Below, piece by piece: positions 22,916-34,010 of a stretch of DNA of 64,000 nucleotides (position 1 is its first letter; every line of letters starts with the position of its first letter). The DNA is from Cetorhinus maximus (lineage: Eukaryota), in assembly GCF_964194155.1 (NCBI RefSeq), contig NC_135899.1:35154001-35218000 (forward strand), given 5' to 3'. Made by a program: the position numbers and the translations under genes. Under the pieces are notes generated by a model. It was given only the letters and a program-made list of their open reading frames with translations. It searched no databases and was not told the DNA's origin.

Positions 22916-24129
22916 TTTATGAGCCCCATAGAGACTGATAACTTTTAAAATAGATGTCAATTCCTAGTGACAACTTAAAGGCATTGCCTAATACAATTTC
23001 AAATGTTAAGGCTTTTACTCTAAGAAACCAACCAAAAGCAACAGTGACTAAACAATACCATGTCGGCATCTACCACACTAAACTACAGAAAAGATATCCC
23101 ACTTTTAGTACAACTGAACACCCCACGCCACAGTTATGCTTTACGTTCTGATATCTGCAGAGTCAGAGTTTTTACAGAAACCCATCCCATATGACCCTCA
23201 GCTTCCAATGGGTTCGCTTTTTCCCATCTTGATGAATCGTAACTTTGAGTGACTGTCAAAGGGTGCTTTACTGAGTTTCCAGAGAAGTTCCAAACCGACT
23301 GCCAACACTGAGGCCCCTTCCAGTGCTTCCAGCCCTACCCATGCCAGGATGAATCTTCCGGATTCTAGATTGCCTTGGGATTAGTCTCTTTGATCAGAGA
23401 CTGCGCCCCCAGGAACACACCAAGGCGCCTTAGGCAGCACCTTCCAAACTCATGACCACTACCGTCCAAAAGGTCAAGGGCAGACACATGGGAACAGCAC
23501 CATCTGGATGTTCCCCTCCAAGCCACTCACCATCCTGACTTGGAAATATATCGCTGTACCTTCACTGTCGCTGGGTCAAAATCCTGGAACTCCCTCCCTA
23601 ACAGCACAGTGGGTGTACCTACACCACATGGACTGCAGCGGTTCAAGAAGGCAGCTCACCACCACCTTGTCAAGGGCAGTTAGGGATGGGCAATAAATAC
23701 TGGCCCAGCCAGCGATGCCCACATGTCATGAATGAATAAAAAGAACCATTTTGCCTGACAGCCCACAGAAAGGACACCTTCTCCTCTCTGCTGACCGCAC
23801 TGGCTGCAGTCCTTGGTATCTCTGTGAGACCTGTGTCTCTCGCTCTCTCTTTCTTTCCTTCTGTCCCAAATCTCGGAGACAGAACGTCTGTCCAGCCAGC
23901 TCCAGCTGCTCTTGCCTTTGTTTTCAGGTGTGATAACTGTGAATCTTCCTCAGCAAATTCCAACCTGTTCCCATGGTAACCAAGCCACCTGGCTTGTTGC
24001 TGGGCAGAGTCATACAACATCCTACCAACCCCACCCAACCCGCCGTCCTTTTCCAGGTTGTTCTGTTTTAACTTAAAACATGAGGATGGCATAAAACATA
24101 ACGATCTGACAAACTTTGCATTCATAACA
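22916..24129 (-). mobile_element. Probable solo LTR interrupted by a CR1-group 3' end (~23410-23740)
   Basis: Ends CATAACA like the other LTRs. Nested tail gcagcggttcaagaaggcagctcaccacc...atgaatgaataaaaa is also at 34100-34520. Confidence 0.45.
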
Positions 24130-24149
24130 CACTCCTGACTTGAGTTTTC

Positions 24150-25670
24150 TCAGCAGATGCTGAGATAGTAGATGCATTGGTTCTAATTTTCCAAAATTCC
24201 CTCGATTCTGGAAAAATGCCATCAGATTGGAAAATATCTAATGTGACTTTATTCAAGTAGGAGGAAGACAGTAAGCAGGAACTTACAGGCCAGTTAGCTT
24301 AACATCAGTCATGGGGAAAGTTCTGGAATCTATTATTAAGGAGCTTATAGCGGGACATTTAGAAAATCTCAATGCAATCAGGCAGAGTCAACATGGTTTT
24401 GTCAATGGGAAATCGTGTTTAACTAATTTATTAGACGACTTTGAGGAAGAAACTAGCAATGTGGATAAAAGGGAACCTTTAGATTTCCAGAAGACATTTG
24501 ACAAGGTGCCACATCAAAGGTTACTACACAAAGTAAGGGCTCATGGTATAGGGGGTAACATCAGCATGGTTAGCATTTTGGTTAGCGAAAAGGAGCAGAG
24601 GTTAGGAATAAATGGGTCATTTTCGGGTTGGCAAGATCTAACAAGTGGAGTGCCACAGGGATCAGTGCTGGGGCCTCAACTATTTACAATCTATAGTAAT
24701 GATTTGGATAATGGGAACGAATGTATGGTTGCTAAATTTGTGGATGACTCTAAGATAGGTAGGAAAGTAACTTGTAAAGAGCACATAAGGAGTCTACAAA
24801 GGGAAATAGATAGGTTAATTCAATGAGCAAAAATCTGGAAGATGGAGTTTAATGTAGGAAAATATGAACTTGTCCGCTATGGCAGGAAGAATAAAAAAGC
24901 ATCATATTATTTAAATTGAGAGAAATTGCAGAACTCTGAGGTACAGAGAGATCTGGGTGTCCTGGTACATGAATCACAAAAAGTTAGTATGCAGATACAG
25001 CAAGCGATTAGGAAGGCAAATTGAATGTTGTTGTTTATTGAAAGGGGAATGGAATATACAATTAGGATATTATGCTACAGTTGTACAGGGTTTTGGAGAG
25101 ACCACATCTGGTGTACTGTGTACAGTTTTGGTCTCTTTATTTACGAAAGGACATAATTGGATTAGATGCAGTTCAGAGAATGTTCATTCGACTGATTTCT
25201 GGGATGAGGGGCTTATCCTATGAGGAAAGGTTGGACAAGTTGGAGCTGCATCTATTGGAGTTAAGAAGAATGAGAGGTAATCTTATTGAAATCTATAAGA
25301 TCCTGAGGGCACTTGACAGGTGGATGTGGAAAAGCTGTTTCCCCTTGTGGGAGAGACTAGAATTAGGGGATACAATTTAAAAATTAGGGGTCTCCCATTT
25401 AAGACGGAGATGAGGAGAATTTTTTTCTCTCTGAGGGTTGTAACGCTCAGTAGGTAGTAACTCTGTTGATTTCTCTTCCCCAGAGATCTGTGAATGAATA
25501 TTTTTAAGACTGAGTTAGATTGATTTTTAACTGACAAGGGAGTCAAAGGGTAGAGCAGCTAAGGAGAGTTCAGTTGAGGCCACAATTATATCAGCCATGA
25601 TCTTATTGAATGACAGAGGAGGCTCAAGGGGCTGAGTGGCCTACTCCTGCTCCTAATTTGTATGTTTATA
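24150..25670 (+). mobile_element. CR1 LINE ORF2 3' part, degenerate
   Basis: SQHGFVNGKSCLTNL, GVPQGSVLGPQLF, KFVDD, RPHLVYCVQFWS, and CR1 3' UTR. Confidence 0.9.
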
Positions 25671-28203
25671 CGTTTTATCTAACAGTAGAAAGGATTTGAG
25701 TAGTCTGGAGGGGAATTCTCCCACCACCTCAAGAGGAGCCCGAGTTTGATATTTTTGTCTGAAGGCACTTTAGCATTGTGCCTTGCAATCGTGTGCCGGG
25801 CTCCAAGGTGAGTGAGAATGGAGGTGTTCATGGAGCTGCCTTCTCCTGTTACTTGACTGGTTGTCCACAATTCTTGACAAGATGTAAGAGGACTACAGAG
25901 CTTTGCTCTGATCAGTTGGTCACGGGGCTCTTTAGCTCTGTTTATTACCTGCTGCTCTTGGTGTTTAGCCTGCATGTATACAGTACTCCAGATGTGCTCT
26001 CTACCATATCCTGTACAACTATAGCAAAACATCCCTTTTATATTCCATTCCCCTGCAGTACGCTCACTAGGTTCAAACCTGGACTCTAAAGTATACCCAA
26101 TGCTGCTACTGACATATCTACTGGTTTGATGATAATCATGGAATGAGGGCTGTGCCAGGCTGTGAGATTGTCGTGGAAAACAATCCTGCTGCTGCTGATG
26201 GCTCACTGCACCTCATGGATACCCAGTTTTGGGATCTGTCCTTAATCTACTTCCCTAGTGATGATTAACATGGTGAAGTCCTCATTCATCAGTTGGGAGG
26301 GGAGTGGTAATTTTCCTTCAACTTGTTTGACCTGAAGCCATGAGACTCCATGGAGTCAATATTGAGACTTCCCCATCTGCCAGTGGGATGGGACATACCC
26401 AGGGATGGTGACGGAGGAGTCTGGGATGTTTCCAGATTGATACGATTCAGTGAGTATCACTGCTACTTGACCAGTCTGTGGGGCAGCTCTCCTCACTTGG
26501 GTACTTGTCCTCAGACCTTGGTAAGAGAGACTTTACAGATTTCACTGGGCTGAGATCACCTTAATTTTATTCTGACACAATGCCAGGATTGTCCAGATGT
26601 ATCTGATTTTCCTCATTATTGGACTTTGTAGTGATTGTTCATCATTGTTTGCTGGGCCACTTCAGAGGGCAGTTCAGAGTCAACCATGTTGTGTTGGACT
26701 GGAGTCACATGCAGACCAGACCAGGCAGTTGTAGCAGGTTCCCTTCCCTGAAGGACAATATTTGGGTTTTTAGGACAATCTCAAAGTTTTCATCTTTTAT
26801 TTTGCTTCTCTTCAACAAATTTCAATTTTGTTATACATTAAATTTGCAACATGGAGTGGTTGAGGTGAACAGCATAGGTGGATCGAGATAAGCACATGAG
26901 GGAGAAAGGAACAGAAGGACATGCTGATAAGGTGAAAGAGGGGTGAGAGGAGACTCGTGTGAAGCATAAAAACCAGAATGGGCCAATTGGGCCGAATGGC
27001 CTGTTTCTGCACTGTAATTCTATGTATGTAACTTTCCGTAGTTGGATTTGAACTCTCAATCTCTGGATTTTTAATCCAGCACCAGAGCAAATTGGCTTCC
27101 ACGCCTGGAGACACATTTATTGAAATGTCTTTTAATGCCTTCTTTAAAGATTTTACCTGAAGGTCTCGGCCTTTCCCAAAAGTCTGGGCTTGGATTTGAT
27201 AGTTTTGTCCAGTGCTGTGGCTGATAGCTGAATTTGGGATGTGCAGTCTGAGCGAGTGCAGTGTATCTAATTTCCCAGGATAAAGCAGAACCCTTCAATC
27301 AGCTACACTGAAGAAATATTTTCCTCAGCTTCTAGCACTTCCTGCACAATGTGTTTTCTTCAAATAATTTTTGAAAACAAGGAGAGACAGTTCAAAATTT
27401 TCATTGAATTAACAATTCTCCAGAATGTTTTTTCTACTAAACGCAAACTCTCAGGGTAGAAGTACCTGGGAAGATGGGGGTCTGGGCAGAGGAAAAAAAG
27501 TAGCCAAGTTGTCTGCTCTTGGTCACTATCCAGTGTCGCTGCTGGAAACAGAGGGTGTGTGACAGTCAAGTGAGGAAAAGAAAGGACTTGCATCTGATCC
27601 CCACACAGGGGAATAGCAGACAGGCACTCACTGTGGAACAGTCTGTAACTGAGGAGTCAGCCCCTTCAGCAAAGGAGGAGAGGGAGTTGGAGGAAATCAT
27701 GTTTCCTTTTCCTGTTTTACAGAAGGATTGCACCGTACTACTCCAGAGAATACAGAGAGGATAGACACCGCAAATAGATCCTGACCATCACCCATGGAAG
27801 AACTGCACAACTGTGGGAAGACACCCAGTCCCTTCACAGCATTGCTCAACACAGAGAAGGTTGGGCAGTGAAACCATCATCTGGAAATCGGTCGGGTCAG
27901 GGGAGCTTTGACATATCATCAGATCTGAAACTGGTCAGTGGTGTGGAACCTTCCATCAGAACCAACCTTTCCGAAGGTTCAACTGTGGGTGATCGGTCAG
28001 GGTGAGGCTGGGAAGAAGTGTGAGTGGGTTCCAAGTGTGGTGAGAGCTTCATTCATTCATCGAGCCTCATGAACCACTGACTCATTCCTGCAGGTGAGAG
28101 GCTGTTCAAAGGTGAAGTGTGTTAGGAGGGCTCCACAGGCTCATAAGATCTCCTAACAGACAAGGTGGATCTGTTGTCCCACCAGGAGCACAAGGACAGC
28201 CAC

Positions 28204-29811
28204 ATGGATGAGAAACAATTCAAATTTGAAGTTTGCGGACAAGTCTTCGCACAGTCATCGACATTCAAGAATCAACAACACATTCACACTGGGGAGAAAC
28301 TGTTCAAGTGTGGGGTGTGTGACAAATCATTCTCAAACTCATCGTCCCTCCGAACACACCAACGCATTCACAAACAGGAGAAACCGTTCGCGTGCGAGGT
28401 GTGTGACAAATCATTTTCGGAGTCATCAAGCTTCCGCAGACACAAACGCATTCACACCGGCCTGAAGCCATTCAAGTGTGAGGTGTGTGACAAATCATTC
28501 TTATGTTTATCAGCCCTCAGCGCACACCAACGCATTCACACAGGGGAGAAACCATTCAGGTGTGATGTTTGTGAGGTGGCTTTCATCCACTCCTCCGATC
28601 TCCTGATCCACAAGAGGATTCACACAGGGGAGAAACCATTCACATGCGAGGTTTGCAACAAGTCTTTCTCGCGGTCATCGAGCCTCCATGCACACAAACG
28701 TATTCACACTGGAGAGAAACCATTCATGTGCCAAATATGCGACAAATCGTTCTCAGCCTCATCAACCCTTCGAGTACACCAACGCATTCACACAGGGGAG
28801 AAACCCTTCACGTGTGAGGTGTGCAACAAATCATTCTCACGGTCAACCACGCTCCGCAAACACCAGTACATTCACACAGGGGAGAAACCATTCATGTGCA
28901 AGTTGTGCAACAAATCATTCTCGGCCTCATCAGCCCTCCGTATACACCAACGTAATCACACTGGAGAGAAACCATTCGTGTGCGAGGTGTGCAACAAATC
29001 ATTCTCAGACTCAGCAATCCTCCGCGCACACAAACACATTCACACCGGGGAGAAACCATTCACATGCAAGATGTGTAATAAATCATTTTCACGGTCATCA
29101 AACCTCATTGCACACAAACGCATTCACACCGGGGAAAAACCATTCACGTGTGAGCTGTGTGACAAATCATACTCCTGGTCATCAGCCCTCCGTGCACACC
29201 AGCGTATTCATACAGGTGAGAAACCGTTCACATGTGAGCTGTGTAATAAATCCTTCTCGGACTCATCGGCCCTCTGTGCACATCAACGCATTCACACAGG
29301 GGAGAAACCATTCACTTGTGAGGTATGCAACAAATCATTCTCGTGGTCGTCAGCACTGCATGCACACCAACGCATTCACACAGGGGAGAAACCCTTCAGG
29401 TGTGAAGTTTGTGAGACTGCATTCACCTATTTCTCCGATCTCCTAACACACCAGAGGATTCACACAGGCGAGAAACCATTCACGTGCGATGTGTGTGACA
29501 AGTCATTCTCACGGTCATCGAACCTGCGTGTACACCAACGCATTCACACAGGGGAGAAACCATTCACATGCGAGGTGTGTGACAAATCATTCTCACAGTC
29601 ATCAAAACTTCTGCTCCATCAGAGAATTCACACAGGGGATAAACCACTCACATGCAAGGTTTGTGACAAACCATTCTCGGAGCCATCAAACCTCCGCAGA
29701 CACCAACACATTCACACAGGGGAAAAACCATTCAGGTGTGAGGTGTGTGACAAATCGTTCCCGCAGTCATCGAAACTCCTGCTCCATCAGAGGATCCATA
29801 TAGTGGAGTAA
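28204..29811 (+). CDS. C2H2 zinc-finger protein, 18 intact plus 1 degenerate fingers, no effector domain (ZNF-2, 535 aa)
   Basis: Uninterrupted finger array with TGEKP linkers. ATG at 28204 in the shared context agccacATGg. Acceptor ttttacag at 27722. Confidence 0.9.
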   Translation: MDEKQFKFEVCGQVFAQSSTFKNQQHIHTGEKLFKCGVCDKSFSNSSSLRTHQRIHKQEKPFACEVCDKSFSESSSFRRHKRIHTGLKPFKCEVCDKSFLCLSALSAHQRIHTGEKPFRCDVCEVAFIHSSDLLIHKRIHTGEKPFTCEVCNKSFSRSSSLHAHKRIHTGEKPFMCQICDKSFSASSTLRVHQRIHTGEKPFTCEVCNKSFSRSTTLRKHQYIHTGEKPFMCKLCNKSFSASSALRIHQRNHTGEKPFVCEVCNKSFSDSAILRAHKHIHTGEKPFTCKMCNKSFSRSSNLIAHKRIHTGEKPFTCELCDKSYSWSSALRAHQRIHTGEKPFTCELCNKSFSDSSALCAHQRIHTGEKPFTCEVCNKSFSWSSALHAHQRIHTGEKPFRCEVCETAFTYFSDLLTHQRIHTGEKPFTCDVCDKSFSRSSNLRVHQRIHTGEKPFTCEVCDKSFSQSSKLLLHQRIHTGDKPLTCKVCDKPFSEPSNLRRHQHIHTGEKPFRCEVCDKSFPQSSKLLLHQRIHIVE

Positions 29812-30509
29812 CCCTTCATGTGTGAGGTTTGTGAGAAATCTTTTGTGACACTTTCAATCCAACTGGGACACTAGCAGCTCTACACTGATGGGAAACCATT
29901 CAGGTGTGAGGTGTGTGACAAGGCTTTCACACAGTCAGCGTATCTCCTGGTCCATCAACACACTCACACGGGAGAAACCCTATTGGTGTAAGTTCTGTAA
30001 TAAAGCCTTCACACAGTTGTCAGACCTCCTGGAACATCAGGTGAACCCTCACAGAAGACAAACCCTTCCAGTGTGACATGTGACAGGATTGTTTCACCTA
30101 CTCCTGTCTCGCCATATAACGAAGTCTCCACAAGGACTTGGAGCTGGGTCACCTGTTTCCGTTACACTGAGAGTTGTCTGTGTTGTTTACCCTCCAGTGC
30201 TCACACAGGGGAGCTTTCGTTCCAAAGCATTGTCTGTCTCAGCAGTGTCTGTCCAAAACCTCTCCCACCATCAGTCCAATTGGTTCAACAAGGCCAATTT
30301 AACCTTTGACCAGATCATCAAACATCACCGATGAAGACATCAATATGCATAGAAGCTCCTGTCTCATAGAAACTCAGCATCCTTTCAGTGCAGCATCAGG
30401 TACAAGTCACTCACTGACTTTCACTTTGACCAAGAAGGCAATCAGGTGGCTAGAAAGGTTTCAGCTTCTCATCTACCACATATATATTTCTATCATCTCT
30501 GCTTTGTGC

Positions 30510-30890
30510 TCCAACAATTGGATATCCAAGAAACTTCTTCACAATCCTGCAATTGCTTCATGATGATATGACTGCAACTGTTTTGAGTGGGAGATCTGAA
30601 ACAGAAGCCTTCAAAATCCAGACTGGTGTCAAGCAAGGCTGTGTGATAGACCCCATTCTATTTACAATCTACCTGACATTGGCTATTCACCTCATCAAAG
30701 ATCAACTGCCCTCTGGTGTCAGTATTAAATACCATTTAGATGGGAAACTCATTTACCTCGGTTACCTCTGTGCCAAAACTAAACTGACCACCAAAGATAC
30801 ACATGATCTACAATTTGCAGCTGACTGCAGTGTCGTTGTCCACTGTAACCGATCTGCAAATGACTCTCAATCTCTTCAATTCTGCATGTG
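30510..30890 (+). mobile_element. RTE-clade LINE RT fragment
   Basis: LHDDMTATV...TGVKQGCVI.P.LF.IY...LQFAADC. Paralogous to 43330-43715. Confidence 0.8.
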
Positions 30891-30994
30891 TTTGTATGAT
30901 GGAAACGAGCTCCATCCTGTGCCGGTAAAGCTCGGTGTCATTTTTGACCATCAGAATTCGGAGCCAGACTAAAGCACAGGGATTTTAAAGAAAC

Positions 30995-31585
30995 TTCTGT
31001 CTGTAGTATTCTGAGAGAGTTTCCCCTGATGTGAATGTGTGTGTGTGTGTGTGTTTGTGTGTGTTAGTAAAGTGAGCCAGCTCTCAGGAGTGGGTATGGG
31101 GTAGAATCAGATCCTGCTTTAGTTGGTGATGTGAATTATAGACAGATCCTCTTCTGGTGACAGGTGTTTGACTAATTCCATGGGGAATGTTTGTACTCCC
31201 CTGTCTGGGAGGACTACTATCCTGAATATGGTGAGGGAGTGGGGTGAGTCTCTCCAGACCTGAGTTCCCTTAGCCCATCAAACCTCGATGTAATAACGGT
31301 GTGATATAATCACCTTACACTCTTCCAAGATTCATTTCATATTCTGGGAAAGATCTTGAGTCATTTTCAAATGCTTTGTTATTTTGATTGACTCAAAGTT
31401 TGGTGTGAGCTGAATATTGTGTTGTTTGTCTGCTGTCTTCTGTATAGTTTTATAACTCAATAAATTATTTTCTTATCTTAACTCTAGCTGCCTGATTTGC
31501 CAGCATGGTGTGTTCCTATTCATTGAAACACTCAGGAGCCTACAGTAAGAGTCCTGTACACAATATATTGGTCAGTGTCACTGTG
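30995..31585 (+). other. Duplicated 3' terminal block with (TG)n and poly(A) signal
   Basis: Paralog of 8475-9060. (TG)n at 31036-31063; AATAAA at 31459-31464. Confidence 0.55.
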
Positions 31586-32194
31586 GACTGATATACTTTC
31601 TCCATCAATGAGTTTATAATTTACAGTTCATAGGAAGGATAATGTTTCCCAAAGAAAGACTTGCATTTATATATCAACTTTCACAAACCTGGGTCATCTA
31701 AAAGCATTTAGTTCTCTGTTGCTATGGACAGATTTTTTGGTAGAAAAGGGAGTCAAGGGTTATGGAGGTAGACATAAAAGTGGTGTTGAGACCATAACCG
31801 GATGGCAGCAGATCAGGTGGGGATTTAATGGCAGAGCAGGCTCGAGGGGCTGAATGGCCTTCCCCTGATCCTAAAGCAGATGTTTTTAGAGAATGATGAC
31901 GGCAATCATAGTTACATTATTATCTCAATAATATTGTATGGAGTTTCTGATTTGTTTTTTCATTTATGGTAGAGTTTAAAATGGTGAATTTCTCCTATCC
32001 CTTTCATCTTTATCATACTGGATGAGCAGAGAGAAAGGTGGAGGAGAGAGGAAGAGAAAGAGAGAAATAAGGGAGGTGGGTAGAAGAATGAAAGTGGAAA
32101 GATTTGAAAAGGAGGCGGAGAAGGAGAATAAATGACTCCGAAGAGTAAATGCCTTCATTAAATTTAATACAACACTCAGAGGGCAGCAGCAGAG

Positions 32195-32450
32195 GTCACT
32201 GGAGTTTTATGGAATAGCTGCTTCCCCAAGGTGCTGGGAGTGATTGATAACACTCACATGGCATTGAAGGTCACCTGAGGAAACTCACAGAGCTACCTGA
32301 ACAGAAAGCAATTTCCCTCCTTCATGAAGTGTGTAATGTCCGTCTGAGAATACTCCATGCGAAAGTCATTCACACTGGATCATCCCACAATGCTTTCATT
32401 GTCAGGAACTCGGACATCATACCCATATTTGGGGAAGGAGTGATCAACTC
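32195..32450 (+). mobile_element. Harbinger (HARBI1-like) transposase fossil
   Basis: Frameshifted FYGIA.FPKVLGVIDNTHMALK...YLNRKQF...GSSHNAFIVRNS, matching the Harbinger motifs GFP.V.G.ID.TH, Y.NRKG and GS.HD. Confidence 0.75.
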
Positions 32451-32599
32451 ATGGGCCATATACTCACACATTGAGCCCCACCTCAATTCCTAAGTCACAC
32501 AGTCACTCCCTGAACCACTGAGTTACTCCTCGAGCACTGGATCAATTTCTTCTCTCCTCTCCTGTGTTCCTCTCTCTGGGTATCCCTCTCTCCTGTGAT

Positions 32600-33400
32600 T
32601 GTGCTGATCCCAGCACTACCCGTCATCGCTGCCTTGGATCTTGGATGCTGTTGGTCTTCCTCTTCTGATCTGGTGTTAAACACATCCGAGGCTACACATC
32701 CCACACTGATGTTGTCAGTTTGAAAGCTTCTGAGAATGAAGAATGCTATTCTCACTCGAAATCTCTGTCAAACGTTTACCGGGGGAACTGAGACAGCAGC
32801 TGCAATAAGTGAGGTTTTATTCAGATGGGACAATGACACGTTTAAATCCCCACCTGATCTGCTGCTCAAAGTCGCCTCCGTTTCACCGGTCAGTTTCCCA
32901 AGCTTCAGGAAATTCATGTTGTTCCAGAAATACTTGGATTGGCTGTGAGAGACGTCAATCAGAGATCCCACCCACTCTGCCCATTCTCTCCTCTTCCTCT
33001 TCCACAATTGCTTCACTTCCCGTAGGGACTGAAAACCAAGTGAGGAAATGGTGAGTGAAGGAGCAGAATTTTTAATAATTACGTCACATAATATCCACAC
33101 TAATGTTCAGGCAGTCCGACTATCCTGTGGGGAATCAGGTGTGGAAATGCCCCTTATGCTGTGTGAGAAGATCCAGCTGAGAGAGCTGTTTACTCGGTGC
33201 TTTGTGCTGAACTGTTTGACTGGAGCTGTGTGTTGGATATTGAGTGTGTTTATTGGAAGCATTTCCCTTCTGATTTACAGGCTGATGGGTCATTACTGAA
33301 TATGAGAAGGTGAGGTGTAATTATCTGCGAGGTGCAGAGTGTCTGAGGATTCTTACTGATTTCCTATTGTTGAGTTCTGTGTGTGTGTGTTGGGAGCTGG
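32600..33400 (+). promoter_or_regulatory. ZNF cassette promoter with exons 1 and 2 (copy P3)
   Basis: Same motifs as P2. ATG(33048-33050)|gtgagt. Exon 2 is 33281-33309, with a 10-nt deletion relative to the other copies. Confidence 0.7.
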
Positions 33401-33524
33401 TTATTATCCTGTGGACTGTCAATGGTCAGTTCTGTCTGTGTGTTCGGATCTGGATGTTTCCTTTTGTCTTTTCAAATCCTTCCAAAACCTCCCACCACCT
33501 CCTGTAACCTCTTCAGAATAGAAA

Positions 33525-34010
33525 AAGAAGCAAGACTTGCATTTATATCGAGCCTTTCATGGCCACCAGATGTGCCAAAGCACTTTACAGAACTAAATTT
33601 CTTTTGAAGGGTTGTTACTGTTGTAATGTAGGAAATGTGGCAGCCAATGTACGCAGAGCAAGCTCCCACAATCAGCAATGTGATAATGACCAGATAATCT
33701 ATTTTGCTTTTATCTTAGTGTTTTTTAGTTGTGTTGATTGAGGGATTAATGTTGAACACCAATTAATTGAGGACACCAGGGATAACTTCCCTATTCTTCA
33801 AAATAGTGGCATGGGATCCTTTCGACCCGCCTTTGAGAGAGCAGAAGGGGCCTCGGTTTAACATTAGATCTGAAAGACAGTACCTCTGACAGTGCAGCAC
33901 TCCCTCACTATTGCACTGGAGTGTCAGCATCAGTGCTCAAGTCCTGGAGTAGGACTTGAATCCACAACCTTCTGACTCAGAGGTGAGAGTTGCTATCCTT
34001 CGAGCCAAGG
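33525..34010 (-). repeat. DeuSINE/SacSINE1-like SINE, near full-length
   Basis: tRNA-like head, Deu-like core and tail, as at 9075-9510. Confidence 0.75.

Noticed and set aside
28078-28080. Conserved in-frame TGA as selenocysteine or readthrough
   Set aside because: The frame has other stops and frameshifts, no SECIS was recognised, and shared ancestry suffices.
28208-29803. Long alternative-frame ORFs ([12 protein letters not shown] repeats) over finger arrays, also 41844-42476
   Set aside because: Expected shadow frames of repetitive finger codons.
28204-29811. CRISPR-like repeat/spacer periodicity (84 bp)
   Set aside because: Finger-linker coding periodicity in a eukaryotic gene.
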